A stretch of 64,000 nucleotides of DNA, taken from Prolixibacteraceae bacterium. Lineage in GTDB: Bacteria; Bacteroidota; Bacteroidia; Bacteroidales; Prolixibacteraceae. Location: the NCBI GenBank assembly GCA_037140615.1, contig JBAXED010000004.1, forward strand, positions 8,485 to 72,484, given 5' to 3'. Below the pieces are notes generated by a model, which saw nothing but the letters and a program-made list of their open reading frames with translations, had not been told where the DNA came from and did no database searches. How positions within the stretch are numbered: position 1 is the first letter of the stretch; every line of letters begins with the position of its first letter. Shown here one piece after another: positions 1 through 9,300 of the stretch. A program made the position numbers and the translations under genes.

Positions 1-1
1 A

Positions 2-211
2 GCCCTTGTATTGACTTTCGTATTCGGCGTAGCGATGATAGCACCTGCTTTTGCTGTAGATAAACCAAAAGAAGGCAAAAAAGTCGAAGTAGCAAAAACA
101 TGTACCGGTACAGACGCCAAAGCTGGATGTTCTAAAGAGTGTGCAAAAGCTTGCGAAAAAGCTGGAAAATCTTGTGAAAAAGCTCCTGCAAAAGCTGACC
201 CAAAAAAATAA
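2..211 (+). CDS. small secreted Lys/Ala/Cys-rich protein, 5' end probably cut by the window edge
   Basis: The frame is open from the window edge. A signal-like hydrophobic stretch (VFGVAMIAPAFA) precedes a K/A/C-rich tail with 6 Cys in about 30 aa. A very strong hairpin follows immediately. Confidence 0.4.
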   Translation, partial: ALVLTFVFGVAMIAPAFAVDKPKEGKKVEVAKTCTGTDAKAGCSKECAKACEKAGKSCEKAPAKADPKK

Positions 212-228
212 TTGAGTCATAAGTTGAC

Positions 229-293
229 TTATTTACAGCATTACATAAGAAAAGAGGCCTCGAGCCTCTTTTCTTATGTAATGCTGTAAATAA
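229..293. terminator. bidirectional intrinsic terminator, 30-bp perfect stem with 5-nt loop
   Basis: Positions 229-258 pair perfectly with 264-293 (checked base by base). It sits exactly between convergent stops at 211 and 299. Confidence 0.8.
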
Positions 294-298
294 ATTGT

Positions 299-1771
299 CT
301 AAATGTCTTCGCTTTCCTGAATTGGAAAATTGTTTTCATACCTTATCAGGTTTTTCGCCATCCCATCGAAAATAAAGAGATGAAAAGGCAATTCAGCATA
401 CCAGTAAAGTCTGCCTGCAATTCCAACTGGTCTAAAGGTTGCCGTTTGCTGTAAAAAGGGTTTGTTGTTCTTTTGAATGATCTTAAATTCAAGCCAGGCC
501 TCCCCTGGTAATTTCATCTCAGCATAAAGTAACAGCCGCTTATTTTGTTTGTCAGCAGCCAGCACGCGCCAAAAATCAAGTGTATCTCCGGTATAAATGG
601 TACTGGTATTGGTTCTTCCTCTACGTAATCCAACTCCTCCCCACAATTTATCCAGGTAACCCCGGATATCCCACAGCCAATTGCCATAGTACCAACCCCG
701 CTCACCGCCAATTGACCACATGTTACTTAATACCTGATCAACACTTGTGGTGATTTCCATTTTCCTTCTGTCCCGGTAACAGCCAAGTGATGGGACTTTT
801 ATGTGTTCGAGCAGGCTATTATCGCTGTAGCTTGAGACCAAAGCATCTTTCCAGCTTGATACAACATTATTTTGCTCAATTCGCTGAAATGCCAATTTTA
901 CTGCTTCTTTATAGGGGATTAGATTTATTTCAAGAATCTCATTCAGATTATTGGAGGTTGGAATTACCTCCTTTTTCATGCGAATAACAAGTTGTTTTGC
1001 TAATTTGAATGAAGTGGAAGTAATCAGGTTTACCCAGTAAGCAGAAAATCTGGAGGCATTAAATGGAACAATAAAAATGTATCTTTTCATCCCTCGTACC
1101 TCGGCAAATTGTATAAGCATCTCCTTGAAAGACAATAAATCAGGCCCCCCAATTTCATAAGATTTGTCAAAAGTCTCCGGCTTAAGCAATACTCCGATCA
1201 GATATTCAAGCACATTTCGGATCGCAATAGGTCGATTTTTAGTGTTGACCCATTTAGGGGCTATCATAACCGGAAGCAATTCAACCAGATCGCGAATGAT
1301 TTCGAAATTAGCACTGCCTGATCCTACTATAATTTCTGCTTTTAATGAAGTAACCGGGATTCCGCCAGACTTTAGTATTTTTTCAACATTACTTTTTGAG
1401 AGAGAAGGATTTGATGAAAAATTGTTGGCTAAGTTTCCAAGATAAATGATCTGTTTTACTGAAGTTTGTTGGATAAATCTGATAAAATTTGCCGCTGTTG
1501 CTTCATCGTTTTTTGTTGAATCTTCACGTTTACTGCTCATCGAATCAATGAGATAATATGCTGCATCAATGGACAAAGCCGGATCAAGGGCAGCAGTGAC
1601 GGTAAGAAAATCTATCTCAAATAAAGAAATATTACTGTGTTTGTAAATTCCACTGTTAGGAAATCTTATCTTATTCCGAACACAACAAACTACGTCATGA
1701 CCTTGTTCCAATAATACTGGAAGTAATCTTTTCCCGATGTAGCCCGTCGCACCTGTCAATAAAATCTTCAT
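299..1771 (-). CDS. SDR-family NAD(P)-binding oxidoreductase with DUF2867-like C-terminal domain
   Basis: N-terminal Rossmann motif MKILLTGATGYIGKRL. The C-terminal W/Y-rich region (GWYYGNWLWDIRG) resembles DUF2867 from memory. 490 aa. Confidence 0.75.
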   Translation of the reverse strand: MKILLTGATGYIGKRLLPVLLEQGHDVVCCVRNKIRFPNSGIYKHSNISLFEIDFLTVTAALDPALSIDAAYYLIDSMSSKREDSTKNDEATAANFIRFIQQTSVKQIIYLGNLANNFSSNPSLSKSNVEKILKSGGIPVTSLKAEIIVGSGSANFEIIRDLVELLPVMIAPKWVNTKNRPIAIRNVLEYLIGVLLKPETFDKSYEIGGPDLLSFKEMLIQFAEVRGMKRYIFIVPFNASRFSAYWVNLITSTSFKLAKQLVIRMKKEVIPTSNNLNEILEINLIPYKEAVKLAFQRIEQNNVVSSWKDALVSSYSDNSLLEHIKVPSLGCYRDRRKMEITTSVDQVLSNMWSIGGERGWYYGNWLWDIRGYLDKLWGGVGLRRGRTNTSTIYTGDTLDFWRVLAADKQNKRLLLYAEMKLPGEAWLEFKIIQKNNKPFLQQTATFRPVGIAGRLYWYAELPFHLFIFDGMAKNLIRYENNFPIQESEDI

Positions 1772-2081
1772 CTATCCTTCCATTTTTATCGCATGTGCAG
1801 CAGCACAGCAATTTACCATTTCCTTAATCGCATTTAAGAACGCAACAAGATAAACATTTTAGACTATTGCATATTAAATTCAGTTAAAAAAACAAAAGAA
1901 TTTAGTTGATTGTTTTAAAAATAAGGGAATGATACTTAAAAATATAATGAATTTCTCCTATTTCTCATTTTCAATTTATTTTTTTCGGTTTTAATATCTT
2001 TTTTGATCTCATTTTTGTATTAGCCAAGACTTCGAAAACTTTCTCAGTTAAATACTCGTATAGTAAATAGAAATAAACAGC

Positions 2082-3881
2082 ATGAAGAACAATCAACCTG
2101 TCTATCAGATTGATGGACGATATCTATACTACACATTTCTGGCTGGCGCGCATAAGGTGTTGCAAAATCAGTCTGAGATTAATAGTATCAACGTTTTCCC
2201 TGTCAACGATAAGGATACAGGTACAAATCTTGCGTCGACTGTTCGTTCCATAATGGACAGTATCCGACCGGATCGTTCTTTCACTGCTACAGCAGGAGTA
2301 ATTGCGGAAGCTGCACTAGTAGGAGCAAGAGGGAATTCAGGGGTGATATTCGCGCAATTCTTTCATGGTCTCAGCCTTGAAACCAATAATAGACATGTTT
2401 TATCTTTTTCAGAATTTGCTGAGATCATTAAAAAATCAGTTAGACACATGTATCAGGCAGTCTCAAATCCTGTTGAAGGAACTATGCTTACCGTGATGAG
2501 CGACTGGGCAGATTTTCTTTACAGCAGAAAAGAGGTGGTAGTTGATTTTGACCAAGCTTTCCTGGAATCATTGGAAACTCTAAAAAAATCACTTTCTGAA
2601 ACTAAAGAGAAATTATTGATTCTGAAGAAAATGAATCTGGTGGATGCCGGAGCCAAAGGGTTTGTGGTATTTATTGAAGGAATAATTGAACTGATCCGCT
2701 CTAAAAATCTCAGACATTTAATGAAAGAGGTCCCTCAGATAGTTTCTTTGGTGCATTCTGAGGAGGTAACAGACGAAGTTATTGAATTCCGTTATTGTAC
2801 TGAAGCACTGATTAGAAATTTAGCTATAAATCAGGTATCTCTCCAGAATCTGCTTCAGAAATACGGAAATTCAATTGTAGTTGCCGGAGCCGAGAAAACT
2901 ACAAGGATTCACATACATACAAATTCTCCAGCTAAGCTTTTTCAAGAACTCAAAGACTTTGGTACTATCACTTCACAAAAGGTCGATGATATGGTTCGTC
3001 AAAACGAGGTGTCAAAAAACCGTAAATGGAACATTGCTGTGGTCACTGATTCTACTTGCGATTTGTCTCAGGACCTGATCGATTTTTACCAGATTCATGT
3101 GCTCCCGCTTAATTTGAATTTTGGCGAAAATCATTATTTGGACAAAGTAACCATTACACCGGATGAGTTTTATGATCTTTTGGATAGCAATCCGGAATTT
3201 CCCCGGACGTCATTAATTAATGAACGGACCTTTACCAACCTTTATTCTCAATTGGCAACACATTACGATGCAATCATTGCCATTCATCTTTCAGGGCATT
3301 TTAGCGGAACCCTACTCAATAGTCAGAAAGCAGCTGCTCGAATTGCGCAGGAGTTTAATAAAGAGGTCCATGTATTCGACTCAAAAAGTTTGTCAGGAGC
3401 ACTTGGATTGCTGGTTTTACGTACTGCACAAGCCATTGAAAGCGGTGAGTCACTAAATGTAATTCTAGGGAAGATGGATGACTGGATTAGTAAAACCCGT
3501 ATTTATGTGAGCGTGAAGACAATGAAATATATGGTAAAGGGAGGTAGGGTTTCAAAGCCTAAGGGGTTTATTACCAGCTTACTCAATATAAAACCTATTG
3601 TTTCACTGGACCAACATGGTAAGGCAATACTCTTGGGTAAAACATTCAGTCAGCCATCCAATGTAAATCTGGTCATGAAAAAAATTGAATCACAATTAGA
3701 CCAGACAAAAATTTGGAATTACGTGGTTTTGCATGCTCACAATCAAACTGGTGCAAATGAATATTCTTCCCGAATGCAAAAACTTACAGGAGTCGGTCCG
3801 GTGGCAACAGTGGATATCTCACCTGCCATTGGTATGAACGCAGGAGTGGGAGCGACTGCCGTTTCAATCATGTTAACTTGA
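2082..3881 (+). CDS. DAK2 (FakA/YloV-like) domain fused to DegV (FakB-like) fatty-acid-binding domain
   Basis: N-terminal NVFPVNDKDTGTN resembles the FakA/YloV Dak2 phosphate-binding motif. The C-terminal half starting NIAVVTDSTCDLSQDL is DegV-like. Confidence 0.8.
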   Translation: MKNNQPVYQIDGRYLYYTFLAGAHKVLQNQSEINSINVFPVNDKDTGTNLASTVRSIMDSIRPDRSFTATAGVIAEAALVGARGNSGVIFAQFFHGLSLETNNRHVLSFSEFAEIIKKSVRHMYQAVSNPVEGTMLTVMSDWADFLYSRKEVVVDFDQAFLESLETLKKSLSETKEKLLILKKMNLVDAGAKGFVVFIEGIIELIRSKNLRHLMKEVPQIVSLVHSEEVTDEVIEFRYCTEALIRNLAINQVSLQNLLQKYGNSIVVAGAEKTTRIHIHTNSPAKLFQELKDFGTITSQKVDDMVRQNEVSKNRKWNIAVVTDSTCDLSQDLIDFYQIHVLPLNLNFGENHYLDKVTITPDEFYDLLDSNPEFPRTSLINERTFTNLYSQLATHYDAIIAIHLSGHFSGTLLNSQKAAARIAQEFNKEVHVFDSKSLSGALGLLVLRTAQAIESGESLNVILGKMDDWISKTRIYVSVKTMKYMVKGGRVSKPKGFITSLLNIKPIVSLDQHGKAILLGKTFSQPSNVNLVMKKIESQLDQTKIWNYVVLHAHNQTGANEYSSRMQKLTGVGPVATVDISPAIGMNAGVGATAVSIMLT

Positions 3882-3891
3882 AAGTAAGCTT

Positions 3892-4674
3892 ATGGATTTT
3901 ATTCACCTCTATTTTTTGAATCTCGTCATAGTAATTGGTTTTATGACAATCTTATGGTTCATAAGTATATACCTTAGGAATGTCAGCATTGTTGATCTAT
4001 TTTGGGGTGCTGGATTTGTCCTATCAGCTTTCGTCTATTATTTAGGATCTGAAGGTGGTGAAACCAGAAATTTGATCCTTCTAATTTTAGTTACAATTTG
4101 GGGACTGAGACTTTCAATATATCTCGCATGGCGGAATATTGGAAAAGGTGAAGATTTCCGATACCGTGAATTTCGTCGCCAATATGGCGAGCATCGGTAT
4201 TGGTGGATCAGTTATTTTCAAACTTTTCTTTTGCAGGGAATTTTGATGTGGCTAATCTCGGCCCCTTTACTTGGTGCTCAATTTGACCCTATTCATCAGC
4301 AGTTATCTTTTCTGGATATCATTGGAATTATTGTTTGGATTATTGGTTTTACTTTTGAAGCGGGTGGTGATTTGCAACTTGCAAAATTTCGATCCAACCC
4401 TTTAAACAAGGGAAAAATTTTGGATCAGGGCTTCTGGCGTTATACCCGACATCCTAATTATTTTGGAGATGCCGCTGTTTGGTGGGGCTTTGCAATTTTC
4501 TCCTTTTCCTCTGGGAATTTCCTTCCGGTTCTTGGTTCTATTCTCATGACCGCTTTGATCCTCAAAGTCTCAGGCGTTTCGCTGCTTGAAAAGACATTAA
4601 AAACAACAAAACCTGAGTATATCTCATATATCACTAAGACTTCTGCATTTATTCCCTGGTTCCCTAAAAAATAA
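3892..4674 (+). CDS. DUF1295 / steroid 5-alpha-reductase-like integral membrane protein
   Basis: Multiple TM segments. RYTRHPNYFGDAAVWWG motif is typical of the DUF1295/ICMT-like fold. Confidence 0.75.
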   Translation: MDFIHLYFLNLVIVIGFMTILWFISIYLRNVSIVDLFWGAGFVLSAFVYYLGSEGGETRNLILLILVTIWGLRLSIYLAWRNIGKGEDFRYREFRRQYGEHRYWWISYFQTFLLQGILMWLISAPLLGAQFDPIHQQLSFLDIIGIIVWIIGFTFEAGGDLQLAKFRSNPLNKGKILDQGFWRYTRHPNYFGDAAVWWGFAIFSFSSGNFLPVLGSILMTALILKVSGVSLLEKTLKTTKPEYISYITKTSAFIPWFPKK

Positions 4675-4680
4675 TCGATT

Positions 4681-5436
4681 ATGGACATTATATTAAACAA
4701 TATCTGGCTGATACTTTTTGTTGTGTGGGGTATTCCACTTACCTGGTTTAGAAGTAAGTTCAGAAAGATGGTCTATCAAACAGATAGTTGGATTATTAAC
4801 ATTAAACCCGTTTTCATGGATGAAATAAAAGCCTTGTTTGGCAACAAATTTCCTGATAACAGACAGTACATCAGGCTGAGGAATTCTTATCGTAGTTATC
4901 TGTCGATTTATCTGATTTTATTTTTGTTGTATGTAAATTTTCAAAGTAAAGCACAAACTTTAAATAGCAATAAAATGGCAACTGTCTCTGTTGGAAGCAT
5001 CATCCCCGAATTTAGTTTGAAGGATCAATCAGGCAATAATTTTGATATCCAATCTGTTCTGGGCAAGAAAAATCTTGTCATCTATTTTTATCCGAAAGAT
5101 GATAGCCCAGGATGTACGAAGGAGGCCTGTTCCTTTAGGGACCAATTCGAAGTATTTGCCGATGCTAACGCTTTAATCATCGGAATTAGCTCTCAATCTG
5201 TGAAAAGTCACAAGGAGTTTGCTGATAAATACAGGCTCAATTATACTTTGTTAAGCGACGAAGAGGGAAAGGTTCGTAAACTTTTTGGAGTACCTACTAA
5301 TTTTCTTGGTTTGATTCCTGGCAGGGTCACCTATGTTGTGAACAAAGAAGGGAAAGTTGTTTACCTTTTTAATTCACAAATTAAAGCAGAACAGCATGTT
5401 AGTGAAGCCCTTAAAATATTGAAAGAGATGAAATAA
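4681..5436 (+). CDS. bcp: thiol peroxidase Bcp (peroxiredoxin) with a 98-aa two-TM N-terminal extension; alternative start ATG 4975
   Basis: FYPKDDSPGCTKEACSFRD peroxidatic-Cys motif. The canonical ~153-aa Bcp starts at MATVSVG (nt 4975). The upstream 294 nt are in frame and hydrophobic. Confidence 0.8.
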   Translation: MDIILNNIWLILFVVWGIPLTWFRSKFRKMVYQTDSWIINIKPVFMDEIKALFGNKFPDNRQYIRLRNSYRSYLSIYLILFLLYVNFQSKAQTLNSNKMATVSVGSIIPEFSLKDQSGNNFDIQSVLGKKNLVIYFYPKDDSPGCTKEACSFRDQFEVFADANALIIGISSQSVKSHKEFADKYRLNYTLLSDEEGKVRKLFGVPTNFLGLIPGRVTYVVNKEGKVVYLFNSQIKAEQHVSEALKILKEMK

Positions 5437-6035
5437 TGGGTTTAATTCATATTCTGCCTGTTTTTCTTGCTTACATTATTGGCGCAATCCCTTTTGGTTA
5501 TCTGTTAACTAAAAGAGCCACAGGCTTAAACATTCTTGAACAGGGTAGTGGCAACATTGGTTCAACGAATGTTCGCCGCATTGCAGGAAAAAGAATCTCG
5601 ATTCAGGTCCAGATTTTAGATATGCTGAAGGGTTTTCTTCCCGTAATTTTAGTATTAATGACCAACAAATCAGGTTATATACCCATCCCTGACTATTATA
5701 TTTTAATCATTGCATTCAGTACTATAATTGGTCATAACTTCTCTGTATTTCTGCGCTTTAGGGGAGGGAAGGGAGTAAATACGACACTCGGCGCGACTCT
5801 GCTTTTGGCACCTGTAGAAGTATTAAGTGCCGTCGTTATTTATTTTATAGTAAAGTGGCGATTTAGATATGTGTCCATAGGTTCAATTGTTCTTGCTTGC
5901 GCGCTTCCTTGTAGCGCCATATTTTGTAAGGAAAAAACGTACTTGATCATCTATCTGTTTCTGTGTTGCTTTATGATTCTTTTCCGCCATCTGCCAAATA
6001 TTAAGAGACTAATAGCCGGAAGTGAGCTTCATTGA
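5436..6035 (+). CDS. plsY: glycerol-3-phosphate acyltransferase PlsY
   Basis: GSGNIGSTNVRR motif, ~200-aa polytopic membrane protein. Its ATG overlaps the bcp stop. Confidence 0.9.
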   Translation: MGLIHILPVFLAYIIGAIPFGYLLTKRATGLNILEQGSGNIGSTNVRRIAGKRISIQVQILDMLKGFLPVILVLMTNKSGYIPIPDYYILIIAFSTIIGHNFSVFLRFRGGKGVNTTLGATLLLAPVEVLSAVVIYFIVKWRFRYVSIGSIVLACALPCSAIFCKEKTYLIIYLFLCCFMILFRHLPNIKRLIAGSELH

Positions 6036-6079
6036 GAATACATAACTGTATGCTTTAGATTTAACTTATTTATCGATAT

Positions 6080-6158
6080 ATTAATTGGAATCGTTACAAA
6101 TGTTACTTAATGTTTAATTTGTATTTAGAATAAATTAATGTATTAACATAATTATATA
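6080..6158 (+). promoter_or_regulatory. conserved AT-rich upstream element, copy A (core ATTAATTGGAATCGTTACAAAT)
   Basis: About 75% identical over ~80 bp to 10908-10990, with a 21/22 core match. It lies ~280 nt upstream of the 61-heme gene start. Confidence 0.45.
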
Positions 6159-6360
6159 CGTAAATGTTAAATTCATAAATACTTAATATTTAATGCATTA
6201 ATTGACTTTTGTAATTTTCCATTAAGGGCTTTAATGCAAAATATAATGAATTAGCTCTTCCTAAATCGTAAAATCAAATAATTGAAATAAACAAAGTATT
6301 TAGTAAAGCGTTACATTGGACGGTGGTATTAATGAATTTATAGTCTTTTAAAGACATATT

Positions 6361-9300
6361 ATGCGCTACTTGTCCCTTACAATAGTCGTCTTAATAATGG
6401 CTCTAATTGTTCATGGACAGACTTCCCCGCACGGGAAATCTTTCCAGATCGATTGTGCACAATGCCATACTTCCACCAACTGGAAGGTAAATCCCACAGC
6501 AATTCAGTTCAACCACGACATTACCAATTTTAAGCTGGTTGGTCAGCATTTGATTGTCAATTGCAAGGATTGTCATCTTGTGCTCACTTTCAAGGATGGG
6601 CGAAGCAATTGTCTTGATTGTCATGCAGATGCACACAACCAGTCGTTGGGTAAAGATTGCGGGAAATGTCATACGCCGAAATCCTGGATCATCAGTGATG
6701 TTACTGCCATGCATCAAAAAACAAGATTTCCGCTATTGGGTGCACATAGAACTGTCACTTGTAGTGAATGCCATAAGTCTGCTTCAAAATATCAATATGA
6801 GCCTCTTGGAATAGAATGTGTCAACTGTCATAACACAGATTTTCAGAAAACAACAACCCCAAATCACGTAACGAATAAATATTCAACATTTTGTCTGGAG
6901 TGCCACAACGAAAATTCAAATAGCTGGCGCACAACTCTAACAAGCCATGAATCGTTCCCTCTAACAGGTGGTCACAAGGTTGGATGCGGCTTATGCCATA
7001 CAACAGGTCATTACGCCAAAATTCCTACTGATTGTAATAATTGTCACAATAAACAGTATATAGCATCACAAATACCTAAGCATCAATCTGCAGGTATCCC
7101 GGTAAAATGCGAAACCTGCCATAATACCTCCACTTGGAAGCCTTCCAGCTTTAATCACCTTGCAACTGGTTTTGAATTAAAAGGATCACATAAAAATGTA
7201 GTACAATGTTCTGATTGCCATAAAGGAAATTTGACAAGTGCAAAACAAACTTGCATCAGTTGCCATCAGGTTCAATATGATAAAGCTCCCAACCATAAAA
7301 CTGTAAATTATCCACTAGATTGTACTCAATGCCATACACAAATTAATTGGGTAGATAATACCTTTAACCATTCTGCAACAAATTATCCACTTACAGGTGC
7401 TCATCAAAAAGTTAAATGCGGTGATTGCCATTTGACTACCTTGAAAGGAACACCTACTGTCTGTGGCAGTTGTCACCTTGCAACCTATAATAACTCCCAG
7501 GTACCCGCTCATGCGTCTGCAGGAATTCCAAAAGAATGCGCCACTTGCCACACAACAGCTGCATGGAAACCTTCCGGTTTTAACCATACAACAACAGGTT
7601 ATGAGTTGAAAGGTGCGCACAAATTACTGGTGCAGTGTTCATTGTGTCACAAGGGAAATGTTACTTCAGCACCACAAACCTGTGTCGGATGTCATCAGGC
7701 CAAATACGAAGTTGCTCCTAATCACAAAACTCTGGGCTATCCAACAGATTGTATTATGTGCCATACTCAGAACAATTGGTTGGAAAATAGCTTTAACCAT
7801 GCCACAACTGCCTTCCCATTAACAGGATCTCATGCATCAGTTCAATGTTCAAAATGTCATGTTGTAAGTTTTAAAGGAACATCTGCTATTTGTAGCAGTT
7901 GCCATTTGCCGGCGTATATCAGTTCAAAGTTACCTGACCATGTGGCAGCCGCTATACCAAAAGAATGTGCCACCTGCCATACTACAGTTTCCTGGAAACC
8001 TTCATCCTTCAATCATGCCACTACTGGCTATGAATTAAAAGGTGCACATACAAGCATTGTGCAGTGTTCACAGTGTCACAAAGGAATTGTCACTTCAGCA
8101 CCTCAGACTTGTTTAGCCTGCCACCAGACCAAGTATGATGCAGCTCCTAATCATAAAGTCAATGGTTTTCCAACTGATTGTGCCATGTGTCATACCCAGA
8201 ATAACTGGTTGGAAAATAGTTTTAACCATTCCACTACAGCCTTTCCACTGACCGGAGCACACACCAATGTTATCTGCTCAAAATGCCATACTGTTGGTTT
8301 TAAGGGGACATCCGCTGTTTGTAGTAATTGCCATATGCCAGTTTATACAAGTTCACAGATTCCTACCCATGTAGCTGCCGGTATTCCAAAGGAATGTGCA
8401 TCCTGCCATACGACAGCATCATGGAAGCCATCTGTTTTCAATCACACTACCACTGGTTATGAATTGAAAGGAGCTCATAAAAGCGTTGTTCAGTGTTCGC
8501 AATGTCACATAGGCAATGTCACTACTGCCCCTCAGGTATGTGTTGGATGCCATCAGGTTCAGTACAATGTGGCACCGGGTCATACGAAATATGGATTCTC
8601 AACTGATTGTGCCAAATGCCACACTCAAGACAACTGGTTATCAGCAATTTTTGATCATGCAGTAACTAATTTTCCGTTAACAGGTGCTCATTCAAAGGTC
8701 ATATGCGCTTCATGTCATGCCAATGGTTATACAGGAACTTCAACTGTTTGCAGCAGTTGCCATTTACCTGCTTTTAACAGTTCTCAAAATCCTGGTCACG
8801 TTGCCGCAGGCATTCCAAAGGAGTGTGCAACATGTCACACGATTGTATCCTGGAAACCATCCTCATTTAACCATACGACTACAGGATATGAACTTAAGGG
8901 GGCTCACAAGCTAATAGTTCAGTGTTCGCAATGTCACAAAGGCAATGTCACCAGCGCACCACAGGTTTGCATTGGATGCCACCAGGCGCAATACGATGTT
9001 GCACCCTCACATAAATCAAGTGGATTTTCAACAGATTGCGCCAAATGCCATTCTCAAGACAATTGGCTTTCTGCGAATTTTGACCATTCAACAACAAATT
9101 TCCCATTGACAGGAGCTCATACAAAGGTTCTTTGTGCTACCTGTCATGTAAAAGGCTATGCAGGCACTTCAACAGCTTGCAGCAGCTGTCACCTGCCGGT
9201 TTATACGAGCTCTCAACTGCCTGGTCACGTGGCTGCAGGTATACCAAAGGAGTGTGCGACCTGCCATACCACAGCAGTATGGAAACCTTCTACCTTCAAC

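Noticed and set aside
6090-6101. TTGGAATCGTTACAA in the shared upstream element as a sigma-54 (-24 GG / -12 GC) promoter
   Set aside because: The -12 position reads TTAC/ACAA rather than TTGC, and the GG-to-GC spacing does not fit TGGCAC-N5-TTGC.
6036-6360. Possibility that the cytochrome locus is a mobile genomic island (very AT-rich flanks at 6036-6360 and 10813-11204, higher GC in the cytochrome genes)
   Set aside because: There is no integrase, transposase, tRNA target or flanking direct repeats in the window. The flanks are ordinary housekeeping (plsY) and efflux genes. The compositional contrast is explained by Cys/His/Thr/Gly-rich coding versus promoter DNA.
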